A stretch of 62,930 bases of DNA, counting the filler, from Choristocarpus tenellus KU-1152 (Eukaryota; Protista; Phaeophyceae), in assembly GCA_964200185.2 (NCBI GenBank). It is 6 parts of 6 records of this genome, joined end to end, with 100 filler letters (N's around TTAATTAATTAA, not from the genome) between each part and the next. Parts side by side here need not be neighbours in the genome. Positions count along the whole stretch, not along the records: positions 1 to 14,228 come from CAXNAD020001252.1; positions 14,329 to 18,880 come from CAXNAD020014028.1; positions 18,981 to 21,914 come from CAXNAD020023543.1; 3 more parts are not named here. One strand, 5' to 3'. Positions within the stretch are counted from its first letter, which is position 1. Each line of letters opens with the position of its first letter. Below the pieces are notes generated by a model. That model saw only the letters and a program-made list of their open reading frames with translations. It was not told the DNA's origin and did no database searches. The position numbers and the translations under genes are program-made. Positions 12,002 to 22,014 of this stretch are shown here, piece by piece.

Positions 12002-13102
12002 ATGACGAATGGGGTCCTTCTAGCCGTTCTATTTCTGTTAACGTGGACATCAGTCTTGCCTTTCACTTGCATCCGTCTACCATACCCAACTTCACGCTTA
12101 TCGCCAATGTCGATGACATCTAACGGAAGGACCAAGTTGGAGCAGCAGAGGGCATGGGAGGCCTTCACTCAACATCAAGCTAAGAGATGGTTTGGTGTTT
12201 GGTCTACCTACGATGCCGATGGCACTGTGCTGGATGATGTGTATCTCGACACAGACCTAAGACTCTCTGATGATGGGTTTAGCGTTGACCACGTCAATAC
12301 CATGTACGTGGGATCCGTGAAGTCCGATTGCGCCACCTGCCACGACTCCGACGACATACGCGAAATACGCGTCGGTACCTATACGCCGGAGAATCTCCGT
12401 CAGCGAGCTTGTGGTCTGGCCTACTTATCTGGACCTGCCGTGAATCGTCGAGGGTCCCTCACAACAGAGATAGGCCTTCGGAGCTTCGATAATCGCATCC
12501 GGTGCATTGTGGTACATTCTGTTCCCGAAGATCAACTCTTGGCACAAGAACCACCCTCTTGGCTGCAGCTTGACAAGGTTGTCATTGTTCGTGAAAATCT
12601 TTCAGCCCACCCCGTCAGGGGCGAGGAGGCTGCACAGGCAGTTTGGGCAGAGCCAGAACCTACCCGATGGCTTGGCCTGTGGCGTGGCCGGAGGGACAAG
12701 CTGCTGCCTGTTTCTTCTCAGAGCGTCATCGAGTTGAGTGGTGAAGATGTTGGGCCAACTCACCTCCGCAAATGTAGGTGTTCAGGCTCAAGTGATGCGG
12801 GACGGGAGGCAACCGTGCACCTTGAGTTCAAAGGTGAGATTCGCCTTGAAACCCCCAGGATTGTTCATGCTGGGGAGCCGACATCTCTAGCACTGAGTTG
12901 GCTTCCACTTTTATCAGAAGGAAATGTGGAGGCTGGGCAACAGCATGTTCTCCGTGGGGATGTGAAATTCGAGGCCCTCAGCAGAGTGGAGAACACAGTT
13001 CATACAAGGGAAGGAGTGCCCCAGGTGATCATTTCTCCACCAGAGATGTTGGAATTCAATGTTGAAGAGCTTAAACCAGTTTTGTCTGCTGGATTATCTT
13101 GA
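12002..13102 (+). CDS. Intronless DUF3598/BFA1-like (calycin-like) protein, probable signal peptide plus plastid transit peptide, 366 aa
   Basis: Long uninterrupted ORF; hydrophobic N-terminus MTNGVLLAVLFLLTWTSVLP-F followed by a Ser/Arg-rich segment; AWEAF..HQ..RWFGVWSTYDADG resembles the DUF3598 N-terminal 'W..F.....W.G.FT' pattern, with a second W.GLWRG repeat; family call by eye. Confidence 0.7.
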   Translation: MTNGVLLAVLFLLTWTSVLPFTCIRLPYPTSRLSPMSMTSNGRTKLEQQRAWEAFTQHQAKRWFGVWSTYDADGTVLDDVYLDTDLRLSDDGFSVDHVNTMYVGSVKSDCATCHDSDDIREIRVGTYTPENLRQRACGLAYLSGPAVNRRGSLTTEIGLRSFDNRIRCIVVHSVPEDQLLAQEPPSWLQLDKVVIVRENLSAHPVRGEEAAQAVWAEPEPTRWLGLWRGRRDKLLPVSSQSVIELSGEDVGPTHLRKCRCSGSSDAGREATVHLEFKGEIRLETPRIVHAGEPTSLALSWLPLLSEGNVEAGQQHVLRGDVKFEALSRVENTVHTREGVPQVIISPPEMLEFNVEELKPVLSAGLS

Positions 13103-13939
13103 CCTCAACCTGGACTTTTGAAGGCTTGGGCCTGTGGTTTTATTGTGGATGATGAAAAAGGGACGTATACTCTCGTCAGTGCTTCTGATTGGTGCACTTA
13201 TTTCCCTTGTGTTGCTTTCTGGCACCACAAGTCAATGAATAAGGACGAATATAGATTGGAAGGTAGGGAGGTCAAGGATAGTAGCATCAGCTCCTCTTGT
13301 CCTTAGGGTATTGATTTTTCTTCAAGAATATGCATCGGCAAAGTTGAACTGTTGGATTGGAGGAGTATATGAGTGTGTGACTATTTAAGTGCTGAATGAG
13401 ACTACAATCCCACAAGTACATTTTTCCTATTTCTTGATAGATGCTAGAGTACTTTGCCTGAAATCCTCTCATGAGCGGGTAGTGCTCTGGGTGGAACATA
13501 TTGATCATCTATAGTAGCAATTCCCGCTTTTGAAGTTTCACCCTGTTTACCGAAGCACACTATGTGGATTGAATACATGGTATATATATATATATATTTT
13601 GTGATATTTTATTTGCTCAGCAAAGTTTGGATCTTTTGATAGTTTCTGAGGTAATGTACCTGTGAATCCCCCTGTGGCTGCATATACCATGACCAATTTT
13701 GCCCTAGATAGTTCCTCCAAGATTACATGTGAAAACACTTGATTTCATTGGTGACACCTTGTTCGCTGTGCCACACATGTGCACTATAATACTAAAGGAT
13801 GCTAGAGCTTCATCCAAAACCAAGCTCACAGCCCAGAGTGACAAATGTGAGAGGCAACTGAGAAGGACGTAAAGTGTATGTAGCACACTTTTGCCTGTAT
13901 CAGATTGTTCTGTTGTTTGGATAAGTGAAAGCTGGATCA

Positions 13940-14228
13940 ACACCCAATAGTTGATGTGTACAATGCGACCGGGTGACACTTCTCCCCAATTGCGGACAAT
14001 CTGGAGTTTGTGTGAAGTCTCCAGAACTCCAGAGGTAAAGAGTCTGGGGAATTGTAGGCTAGTTCCCAGAGCTTTGCAAACGCCTCCGTCACTTCTTCGT
14101 GACCAACATATTTCGTAATGGCTGATCTGATTTCGCTAGGGCGCATACCATTGGGGCCTGGTGCAGAGTTGCTGTTCGCCCTCATGAAGGCCGTTCGAAG
14201 GGAGGTGGGGGTGTACTCCCCTTCAGGG
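13940..14228 (-). mobile_element. CRE/SLACS-like non-LTR retrotransposon RT fragment (domains 0-2)
   Basis: SAPGPNGMRPSEI...LP..FW...SRLSAIGEKCHPVA; runs into the contig end. Confidence 0.7.
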
Positions 14229-14328
14229 NNNNNNNNNNNNNNNNNNNNNNNNNNNNNNNNNNNNNNNNNNNNTTAATTAATTAANNNNNNNNNNNNNNNN
14301 NNNNNNNNNNNNNNNNNNNNNNNNNNNN
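14229..14328. other. Artificial contig linker
   Basis: 44 N + TTAATTAATTAA + 44 N. Confidence 0.98.
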
Positions 14329-14859
14329 CCCCTCCCGGATACTTTGGGTCTCTTTTGAGTATTTATGCACACCTTGATGGGAAAAAAAAGACATCGCACT
14401 TTCATACCACGATGTTAACATTTTGCTTTGTGTTATGGACACACATTGCGTAATACTCTGAGCTCAAGTTGTACAAGACATGACAACTAATTCTTCTATG
14501 CGTCTCTTGGACTGGACTATTACCATACATAACGTGCTATGTGCTGTATGTTTTCTTGTCGAACTGTTTCAAGCATAACATACTTTTAAGTGTTACATCG
14601 TCCAAGGCTTGTACTATTGCACCCTCCAGCAAGCAAAAGGCCATAGAGCAGCACAATACACAATGTAGTGCAATTCACGCCTATCCAATCACCACATTTC
14701 CACACCCATCAATCAACACCTATAGTGTCACTACTTCATAGTCTTGGTAATGTCTGCATACACGTGCACTATGTTGACCCTGGACAGTATCGACACCCTC
14801 CCCCTCTCCCCCCTCTTCACTCTCGCCTCTCCTCTGGACCCCATCCTCCCACTTTCCTC

Positions 14860-17456
14860 GACTACTCTCCGACACTATTCGCCATGCTCCTCTCCTTTTC
14901 CCAGAAAAAAGACCTCAGGCGGTTGGCAGCTGCTTCTGCATGGGCTCTTGCGATTTTGTCTGAGACAGGCTTCCGAGCCATGAAGAGTCTGGCTTGGTGG
15001 AGCCAGGAGAGATTGTTCTTCAAGACAGAATAACTGCCCCGGCAAGTCCATTCCTGTATGTTTTTTTTTGCAACACAAGCACTACCGTATCAAGCGATAT
15101 TTATTACAGAATACTTCGAAGTGGAAAGATTGAGGGGGTGGGAGTGGGAAGCAAGGTGAATGCCTCTTTCAATTTAATGCGACCTTTTACTCCAATTGTT
15201 GCTGCATTTCTAGTGTTATGGTTGTGGTTTAATGAAAAATGAACGATATCCCGATGCCCCGAATTCTTAGCAAATGAGTTTGTGCTCACAGCACACGACA
15301 CTGAAACAAATAAACTCTACCACTCCAGTTTCTGTTTTACTAATCTGGTCAAATGGTTTGGTCGGAAAGAAAATAAGTTGTTCCTTCAAGGCTCTCTCTG
15401 CTTCTACTATTGAGGTATCATGTCAACAGAACACTGTGCTCATCGCTTTCAAGGGCGATGTCAAACAGCTCAATCAATGTTAACGCTCAGAGTGAAAGTA
15501 TCTTAGAGGGTACGAGTATTGCCCTGTTTGTCCATTTTGGGCTCTGGTTCCCTAGAGTTTTTAATGCCATTTTCCTACTCCAAAATGTTTAGGAGTAGGT
15601 AAAATGTATACTTTATGAAAAGGTGTGCCCAAAACATAGATATGAACACTTTCTAACAAACAAGATAACCAAAATTACATCAAACATCGCAACATTGGAA
15701 TTGAACCCCCAAATGGACGCGATTCTACCCTCTAAGATACTTTGGCTCTCAAGGATGAACAAACTCATATTCCCGCCGCAGTGAACCCTTGATAGGGGAG
15801 GGAAGTTACAACGACCAAGTCCTGCATCGCATCCCATTGGTTGCTCATTGTTACAGGAAAAAGAGTGTGCGCTGAAGGGGTATATTACAGCTCCAAGGTG
15901 CAGTGCAGCCCTTTGCCTATTGAGCGGATTTCCAGTAATACACCCTTGAATTTTCCTACAGAATAGCTCAATACACTTTCCAAATTATTTCCTCCTTCAT
16001 GTGGTTCGCTTCTTACCCTAACCCTAGCCAAACACTCGATGAGAGGCGTTCACGTTCAACTGTGTGCCATTCATGCCAAGGTAGAAGGCAGGGAGCAAGA
16101 AACATCAGGAGAAAAAATCACCATTACAGTGGAAGAATGAAATAATTCGCCTTGCAACCTCTCGCTACCCAACGTCTGCTTCCCAACCTCTGTTAAATGG
16201 ATAGAATCGTGCTCCCTAAATCAAGCACTTCTCCAGCTCGTCTTGTCCCCCTAACACCTTGAATTGTTCGTCTCGTATGAGAAGGGTTATTGCACCTCGG
16301 AGTGTGGTTGCAGCAATAGTCTTTGTTGAGCTAGGTTCACTCCTCCTTGCCCTCACCTCAAACTCGGCCTTCAAGGCATCTCGATCAGAAGTGTGTGATT
16401 TAAGTAGGTTCCTCTTCTTAGACAGACACTCCTCCAACCCCCTTGCCTGCTTTGGAATAATGCAAGCTGTAAATGTATGTGCACATGGTAACTGTGTACA
16501 TTCCAATTCAACCAAAACAGTTGTTGCAACCTAACGTTCTTGTGTAGCACAGGTTAGATACAAGATGCTCCAATATTGAGCTGCTGAATTACACTTCAAA
16601 GCAAAGTGTTCGGGTACGGACTATGACCTCAAAGAGCACTAACACCCATTGTTTCTCCTTCTAGCTACACCTTCCCTTCTACCTTCCTTTTCCTCAATCA
16701 GGTCTCCTCTCTGCCCAATTATCTCATTGGCATAACACTCACCTCTTCTTCTAATGCTATTAACTCATTGGACATCAATTTCCCTCCACCCCCAACTTCA
16801 TCCACCCCCTCCTTCCCATTCAAAGCTGTTGTCACGCCTCCAGTCTCTGCACTAGCTGAAACCCTCTCTCCTAGACCCAGTTTTGAAGCCAGGCGGAGGG
16901 TGTCAACCTCTACTTTAAGATTGATAGCCAGACGTTGGGCCACCTCTACAGGGGAAAGGTCTCCCTCCAGTTTTGGATTTGAGACTCCACTTGTCACAAG
17001 AAGGGCTCTATCTGATTCAGAGCATGATGGGGCTCCAATCAACTGGAGTAGGCTGTCCCTCTCCTGGGTGTTGGGGTACAGACCAAATCATGGTTCGGAT
17101 CGCACTGCCATAGTTTTGTGCTTTGAGCTATGTGGTACAATGATTTCAGCTATGCTGTTTTGCAGTGTGACTTGTAACTGCAACTGCAATCGATACCCTT
17201 GTTCTAATACCATTCCATAACGGTCTTCTTATCTGGAACAAGGTATATTGCCTTTATGTATTGCACATTATGTCGGAGATTGAGGTCAGTTTCTGATTGC
17301 TATTGTGTGGATGCGTGGTGTATGTGTGCTCACTTGACGATCGTGAGCCTCATCCAAGCCCTTCAAAACCTCCTTCAGCTGCTTAAGATCTGCTTCCCTC
17401 TCTCTCCTGAATGCCTCACAGGTTGTCACCACCCTTTTCCTCCGTTCCACAAGTAC
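14860..17456 (-). CDS. Partial multi-exon gene, hypothetical coiled-coil protein (exons 17456-17334, 17063-16743, 16446-16357, probable terminal exon ~15032-14860)
   Basis: Three phase-0 exons with AG/GT borders give VLVERRKRVV...EAHDRQ-ERDSLLQLIG...ALEEE-ARGLEECL...KAEFE; the 5' end and any intermediate exons are not resolved. Confidence 0.6.
15490..15748 (-). mobile_element. MITE family A, full copy
   Basis: GAGTGAAAGTATCTTAGAGGGTA ... TACCCTCTAAGATACTTTGGCTC; TCA duplicated. Confidence 0.92.
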
Positions 17457-17767
17457 CTTTTTGGTCCAATCAAGGTTTGGGGTGGGGAGGGCATGCAGTG
17501 CAAAATGTTCGAAAGCATAGGCCAAAAAGCAGAATTGAAACACATCTGGGCAGCTCAGAACACGTAACACCGTACCCACCAGAACAAAATAGTGTTGTTG
17601 CCGGAAAGAGCTTCGGAGCACTTATCTTCTTCCGATTTTATTGCATATATTTCACCAGGAAAATGCTTTGTCGTCTAAATTCCAACATCCATAATCATCA
17701 GTTCATTGGAGCATTTTGTTTGCTAGGTTCATTTGTGAACAACAAGGTGAAATGCTGAGAGATGAGA

Positions 17768-18034
17768 GAGTCAAAGTATCTTAGAGGGTAGAACTGCGTC
17801 GATTTGGGAGCCAAAATCCAATGTTGCAATTCTGATGAAATTTTGGCTATCGTGATTGTTAGGAATGTGTCAACATCCTTGTTCCGGACACTCCTTTTCA
17901 CAACGTATAAATTTTACCCTAACCATAAAATGTTTCGGAGTAGGTAAGATGTCATTTTAAGAAAAACCCTGTGGAAGTCAAGCCCCAAATGGACAAACAG
18001 TGCAAAGCTGGTACCCTCTGAGTTACTTTCACTC
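17768..18034 (+). mobile_element. MITE family A, full copy
   Basis: GAGTCAAAGTATCTTAGAGGGTA ... TACCCTCTGAGTTACTTTCACTC; AGA duplicated. Confidence 0.92.
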
Positions 18035-18100
18035 AGAGCAAGTGTGGGTGAATGCAGCCACCAGACAGAAAAGCAAACGGAACCAGTCACAACAGCGTCA

Positions 18101-18163
18101 CCCTAATCCTAACCCTAATCCTAACCCTAATCCTAACCCTAACCCTAACCCTAACCCTAACCC
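18101..18163 (+). repeat. Interstitial telomeric repeat (CCCTAA/TCCTAA) x~10
   Basis: Longest telomeric tract in the window. Confidence 0.95.
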
Positions 18164-18329
18164 TCGTGGCATAGAGACTGTCCCCGCTTATCTCTACCAC
18201 CTAATCTCACTATCATTTATCCTTTCACGTAAACCTTGCAGTCTACCCCCATACGTTTTTTTCTTTTTCTTCATTTTCTTCTCTAAAGTTCCTGTCCCTG
18301 TTCCTGACCCCATACCTGGTGCAGTTCCT

Positions 18330-18560
18330 CCATTCCCCTCAATTTCTCGGCTGTCTCCTTGCCGATCAAAGGTTCGTCTCTCTCCGTCTTCTTGGGAGGG
18401 TTTCCCGCTGCCCTGGTCCCTGCAACCAAGCTCTGCACAGGCCCGGTTCTGCCAGTTTCCGTACCATCCCTGACACTGGTCCCACGACCACCTTGGACTG
18501 ATTTTCTAAGGGAGTCAACTATTAGAGAGGCGCTGCAAAGAGAAAACAATGTGCAGTGGG
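18330..18560 (+). mobile_element. CRE-like non-LTR fragment (post-RT region)
   Basis: ALHRPGSASFRTIPD...TLD / LRESTIREALQRE, the same motif class as 700-935. Confidence 0.35.
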
Positions 18561-18880
18561 TACTTGTGCGTGAGGTTCCTACGTTTTTTTTTTTTCTTTC
18601 TATACTTACGGATGCTGTAGCTTTGAGCGAGGGGCCATTCCCGTGTATTTTTGGGCAGAGGTTTGGAGGTAGTGTGCTGTGTTAAGCAAAGGATTATCGC
18701 TTAGCTGTCAATCTTTGCAATAAAAAGTACTGGGTGAGGGAGATGCAAGGTTATTAAGGTTTTTGACTTGATAGCAAGAGAAGCAGCATTCATGAATGTA
18801 GCTACAATAAAAACCGAACCCTTTGAAGTATTGAACGGAGGCTCAAAGTATCTGGGAGGGGGCGGCGACTGTCCATTTGG

Positions 18881-18980
18881 NNNNNNNNNNNNNNNNNNNN
18901 NNNNNNNNNNNNNNNNNNNNNNNNTTAATTAATTAANNNNNNNNNNNNNNNNNNNNNNNNNNNNNNNNNNNNNNNNNNNN
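18881..18980. other. Artificial contig linker
   Basis: 44 N + TTAATTAATTAA + 44 N. Confidence 0.98.
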
Positions 18981-20124
18981 CCGAGATCCACCCTCCCTCC
19001 CCCCCCCCCCCCCTCCCCATCTTAAAAAACGGACCCCCCCCCCCCCCCCCCCCCCCCAGATACTTTGACCCTAACCCTAACCCTAAGCATACATCAAGGA
19101 AAATGACACAATTTTGATGCTGGTGGGAAGGCTGTAGGTTATCTGTTAACGCCTTGCTCAAATACCAAACCAAAAAGACTTTGCTTATTGATCATTAGTT
19201 CATACATAACGGTCATGAGAGCGTGATTGCCCACACACACTTGCTTCAACACAGGCAAGGAAAATAATTTGTTGAAGTTGTGCCAATCTTGACCTGGCAA
19301 TTTGCAGGTATGTAACCTCCTCACCACAATGCTCCATCCTAGTCCTGAGGGACGTGGTACCATGGATAGTGTTTTATCCAGGGCTTTCTTTGCTGGAGGG
19401 GCAAGCATCTCAATGGCACAGATGCAGGTAGCAGGAATCATTGTAGAGCAATAAGTATTTTCAGTTTGTTGCTTCAAAGCATGACAATATTTTACTATAA
19501 TCTTTGTTTCAATATTCATAAAAAAAATACTTCTACAATATTAATGTAGGGAAGGAATCACACAAAATCAAAACACATGTATCTCAGAAAAAGTATTGTT
19601 TTGTGGGGGCCTTGCATTTCCCCTTGTAGTTAATTTTTCCTATGTATAAAGTTGTGTGCGTATCCATCCAAAATGTCTTGTCATGACGAACTGTTCCTGA
19701 AATACCTATGATATGAAGGAAACTTCATGTGGTGAAACAAACTTGATTAATAACACCCTAGTATTTGTTATCTGCCCTGCATGGTATTCAGCTGCTGTTT
19801 CGGAAGAGATCTGATGTATACTCCGGCTATTACAATTCTGCAACCATTCACAATATTGTTAAGACTTTTATCCACAAGAGAGTTCACCCTTCTACAAAGG
19901 TATTTTTTTTTATGTTTTCTGATCAATGACATTTATCTGCACGGGTAGGATGTTCGTAGCATGAACTTTTTTTTTTTGAAAATATTTTGGTGCATGTAGC
20001 CAATACTTCTGTAAGACACAACGTGTTGAGAGTCACTCACCCTCTTTGAATGGAATTACATTTTAGAGAACAGGACACACAGGTTTACTCTTCTACCACA
20101 TGCTAAGACAAAGAGTTTATAAAA

Positions 20125-20432
20125 GAGTGAAAGTATGTTAGGGTTAGGGTACGAGTTTTGCCCTGCTTGTCCGTTTGGGGCTTGGCTTCCCATGGGGTAT
20201 TTTTTATGACATTTTCCTACTCCAAAATGTTTCCAAAATGTTTCCAAAATGTTTCCAAAATGTTTCGGAGTAGGTGAAATGTATGCGTTTTGGAGTAGGC
20301 ATCATGTACATGTCTGGAACAAGCATTTTGATACTTCCTAACAAACACAGTGGCCAAGATTGCATCAAAATTGCAACATTGGATCTTGACCCCCAAACCG
20401 ACGCGGCTCTACCCTCCGAGATACTTTGACTC
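20125..20432 (-). mobile_element. MITE family A, full copy with expanded hairpin loop and TTAGGGTTAGGG in the TIR
   Basis: Both TIRs present; AAAA flanks; CCAAAATGTTT x4 internal. Confidence 0.9.
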
Positions 20433-20471
20433 AAAATCTTTAAAAAATCCCCCCCTACTCTCCATCAATAG

Positions 20472-21108
20472 TTCGACATCAGAACTTCCCTCAAAAACGT
20501 GGAGGCTCAACTCGATACCACCATCAGGGAGCAGGGGGAGTCAACGAGGTATGGGGGTGTGTCAACCTCAGAGCATTTCAGTGATAATTCCAAGCACATG
20601 ACAAGTACATGACAAGGTATTTAAACTCACATGGCATTTAAACTCATTTTTTTTTCTTTTTGGCTGGGTATGACTGACCTTCAGTGGTAGGCTACATGGA
20701 ATATTTTCCTTTCTAAATCGTCGCAATTGTTTAACATCAAGCAGTCACTCTATTGGCTCATTTTGATACGACACACGATCTTCTCATTGGTCTGGAATGT
20801 TGGTTTTCATAATGTTTTCACCACATGTCGCAACATCTATTGCCCCATTCAGGGTATACCAAAGGAAGGTATTTGCTATTTGCCCAAACTCTTGACATGG
20901 CATTAATCACAGTAGCACAGGAAAACCCTGCCCCTTTCATGAACCGGGCAGGTCTATGTTGGAGGAGGGGATATCAAACTTGGAGGCCCGTGCGGATGAG
21001 ATCATGACAAAGATGGATCGTCTGGACTCGCTTCTGGATGAAATAGTCAAGGGGGAAACCCAGTGCCCACTTCTATTCACTTTGACTCCTGAGGGAGTCT
21101 CGCAGACG
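20472..21108 (+). CDS. Two internal exons of a hypothetical coiled-coil protein (20472-20548, 20952-21108)
   Basis: AG/GT borders and matching phase give FDIRTSLKNVEAQLDTTIREQGESTR-SMLEEGISNLEARADEIMTKMDRLDSLLDEIVKGETQCPLLFTLTPEGVSQT. Confidence 0.6.
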
Positions 21109-21304
21109 GTGAGACTGTATCTTGTGACAAAATGATCTGGAAAATACACAAAAATACTCAACAATACTCAGCATGTTGACAAGCAGCGCCAAGTGGAGTA
21201 CAAAAAACTATATGTGTAGAGCCTCAAAGAATATTCCTGAAAGCATATTTAAGATTAAAATGATGAAAGAACTCCTCGCTATACATACTGTGCTGCTGGC
21301 CCCG

Positions 21305-21568
21305 GAGTGAAAGTATCTTAGAGGGTACGAGTTTTGCTCTGTTTTGTCCATTTGGAGTTTGACGTCCCTCGGGGGAGAGGGTTTTATGACATTTTCCTAC
21401 TCCAAAATATTTCGGAGAAGGTAAAATGTTTACGTTATGAAAAGGTGTGTCCAGAACAAGGATATTGACACTTTGTAACAACACAATAGCGAAAATTACA
21501 TCAAGATTGAAACATTGGATTTTTGCCCCCAAGTGGACGCGGCTCTACCCTCTAAGGTACCTTGGATG
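21305..21568 (-). mobile_element. MITE family A, full copy with degenerate end
   Basis: GAGTGAAAGTATCTTAGAGGGTA ... TACCCTCTAAGGTACCTTGGATG; no clear TSD. Confidence 0.88.
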
Positions 21569-21569
21569 G

Positions 21570-21855
21570 GCATCCTGCCTCCTCTCCCATGTGCCCTTGA
21601 TGCTCCTGTGAGAGAGTAACCAACAGTTCCTACACAGATTTAACGGTCCTTCTACCCGATCTTATGGCAAGTTTATCCTGCTCACCTATGCTTTCAACGC
21701 TGCTCAACGCAGAGCTGGAGGCCAGAGACGTGGTTCTTGAATTCTATACGACTCAAGTTCTTGTGTGCGCTTGACCTTGAACCGATTGGGGACGGCTTTG
21801 TGGTTCAAAGTCCAAAGCGGCTAGTGGAAAAATGGGCACCTGCGATACAGGTGAG
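21570..21855 (+). mobile_element. Possible non-LTR RT fragment (domains 5-6)
   Basis: DLTVLLPDL...LLNAELEARDVVL(N) resembles 'DD.T.......L...GL.LN'; heavily decayed. Confidence 0.3.
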
Positions 21856-21914
21856 ACAGGCTCAAAGTATATGGGGGGGGGGGGGGGGCCTCACCCGGGT
21901 GTCCCTTTGGGCCC

Positions 21915-22014
21915 NNNNNNNNNNNNNNNNNNNNNNNNNNNNNNNNNNNNNNNNNNNNTTAATTAATTAANNNNNNNNNNNNNNNNNNNNNNNNNNNNNN
22001 NNNNNNNNNNNNNN
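21915..22014. other. Artificial contig linker
   Basis: 44 N + TTAATTAATTAA + 44 N. Confidence 0.98.

Noticed and set aside
14229-14328. TTAATTAATTAA motif repeated five times in the window
   Set aside because: It is always centred in 44-N flanks; it is an assembly linker with stops in all frames.
18101-18163. True chromosome end
   Set aside because: The tract is short and has ordinary sequence on both sides.
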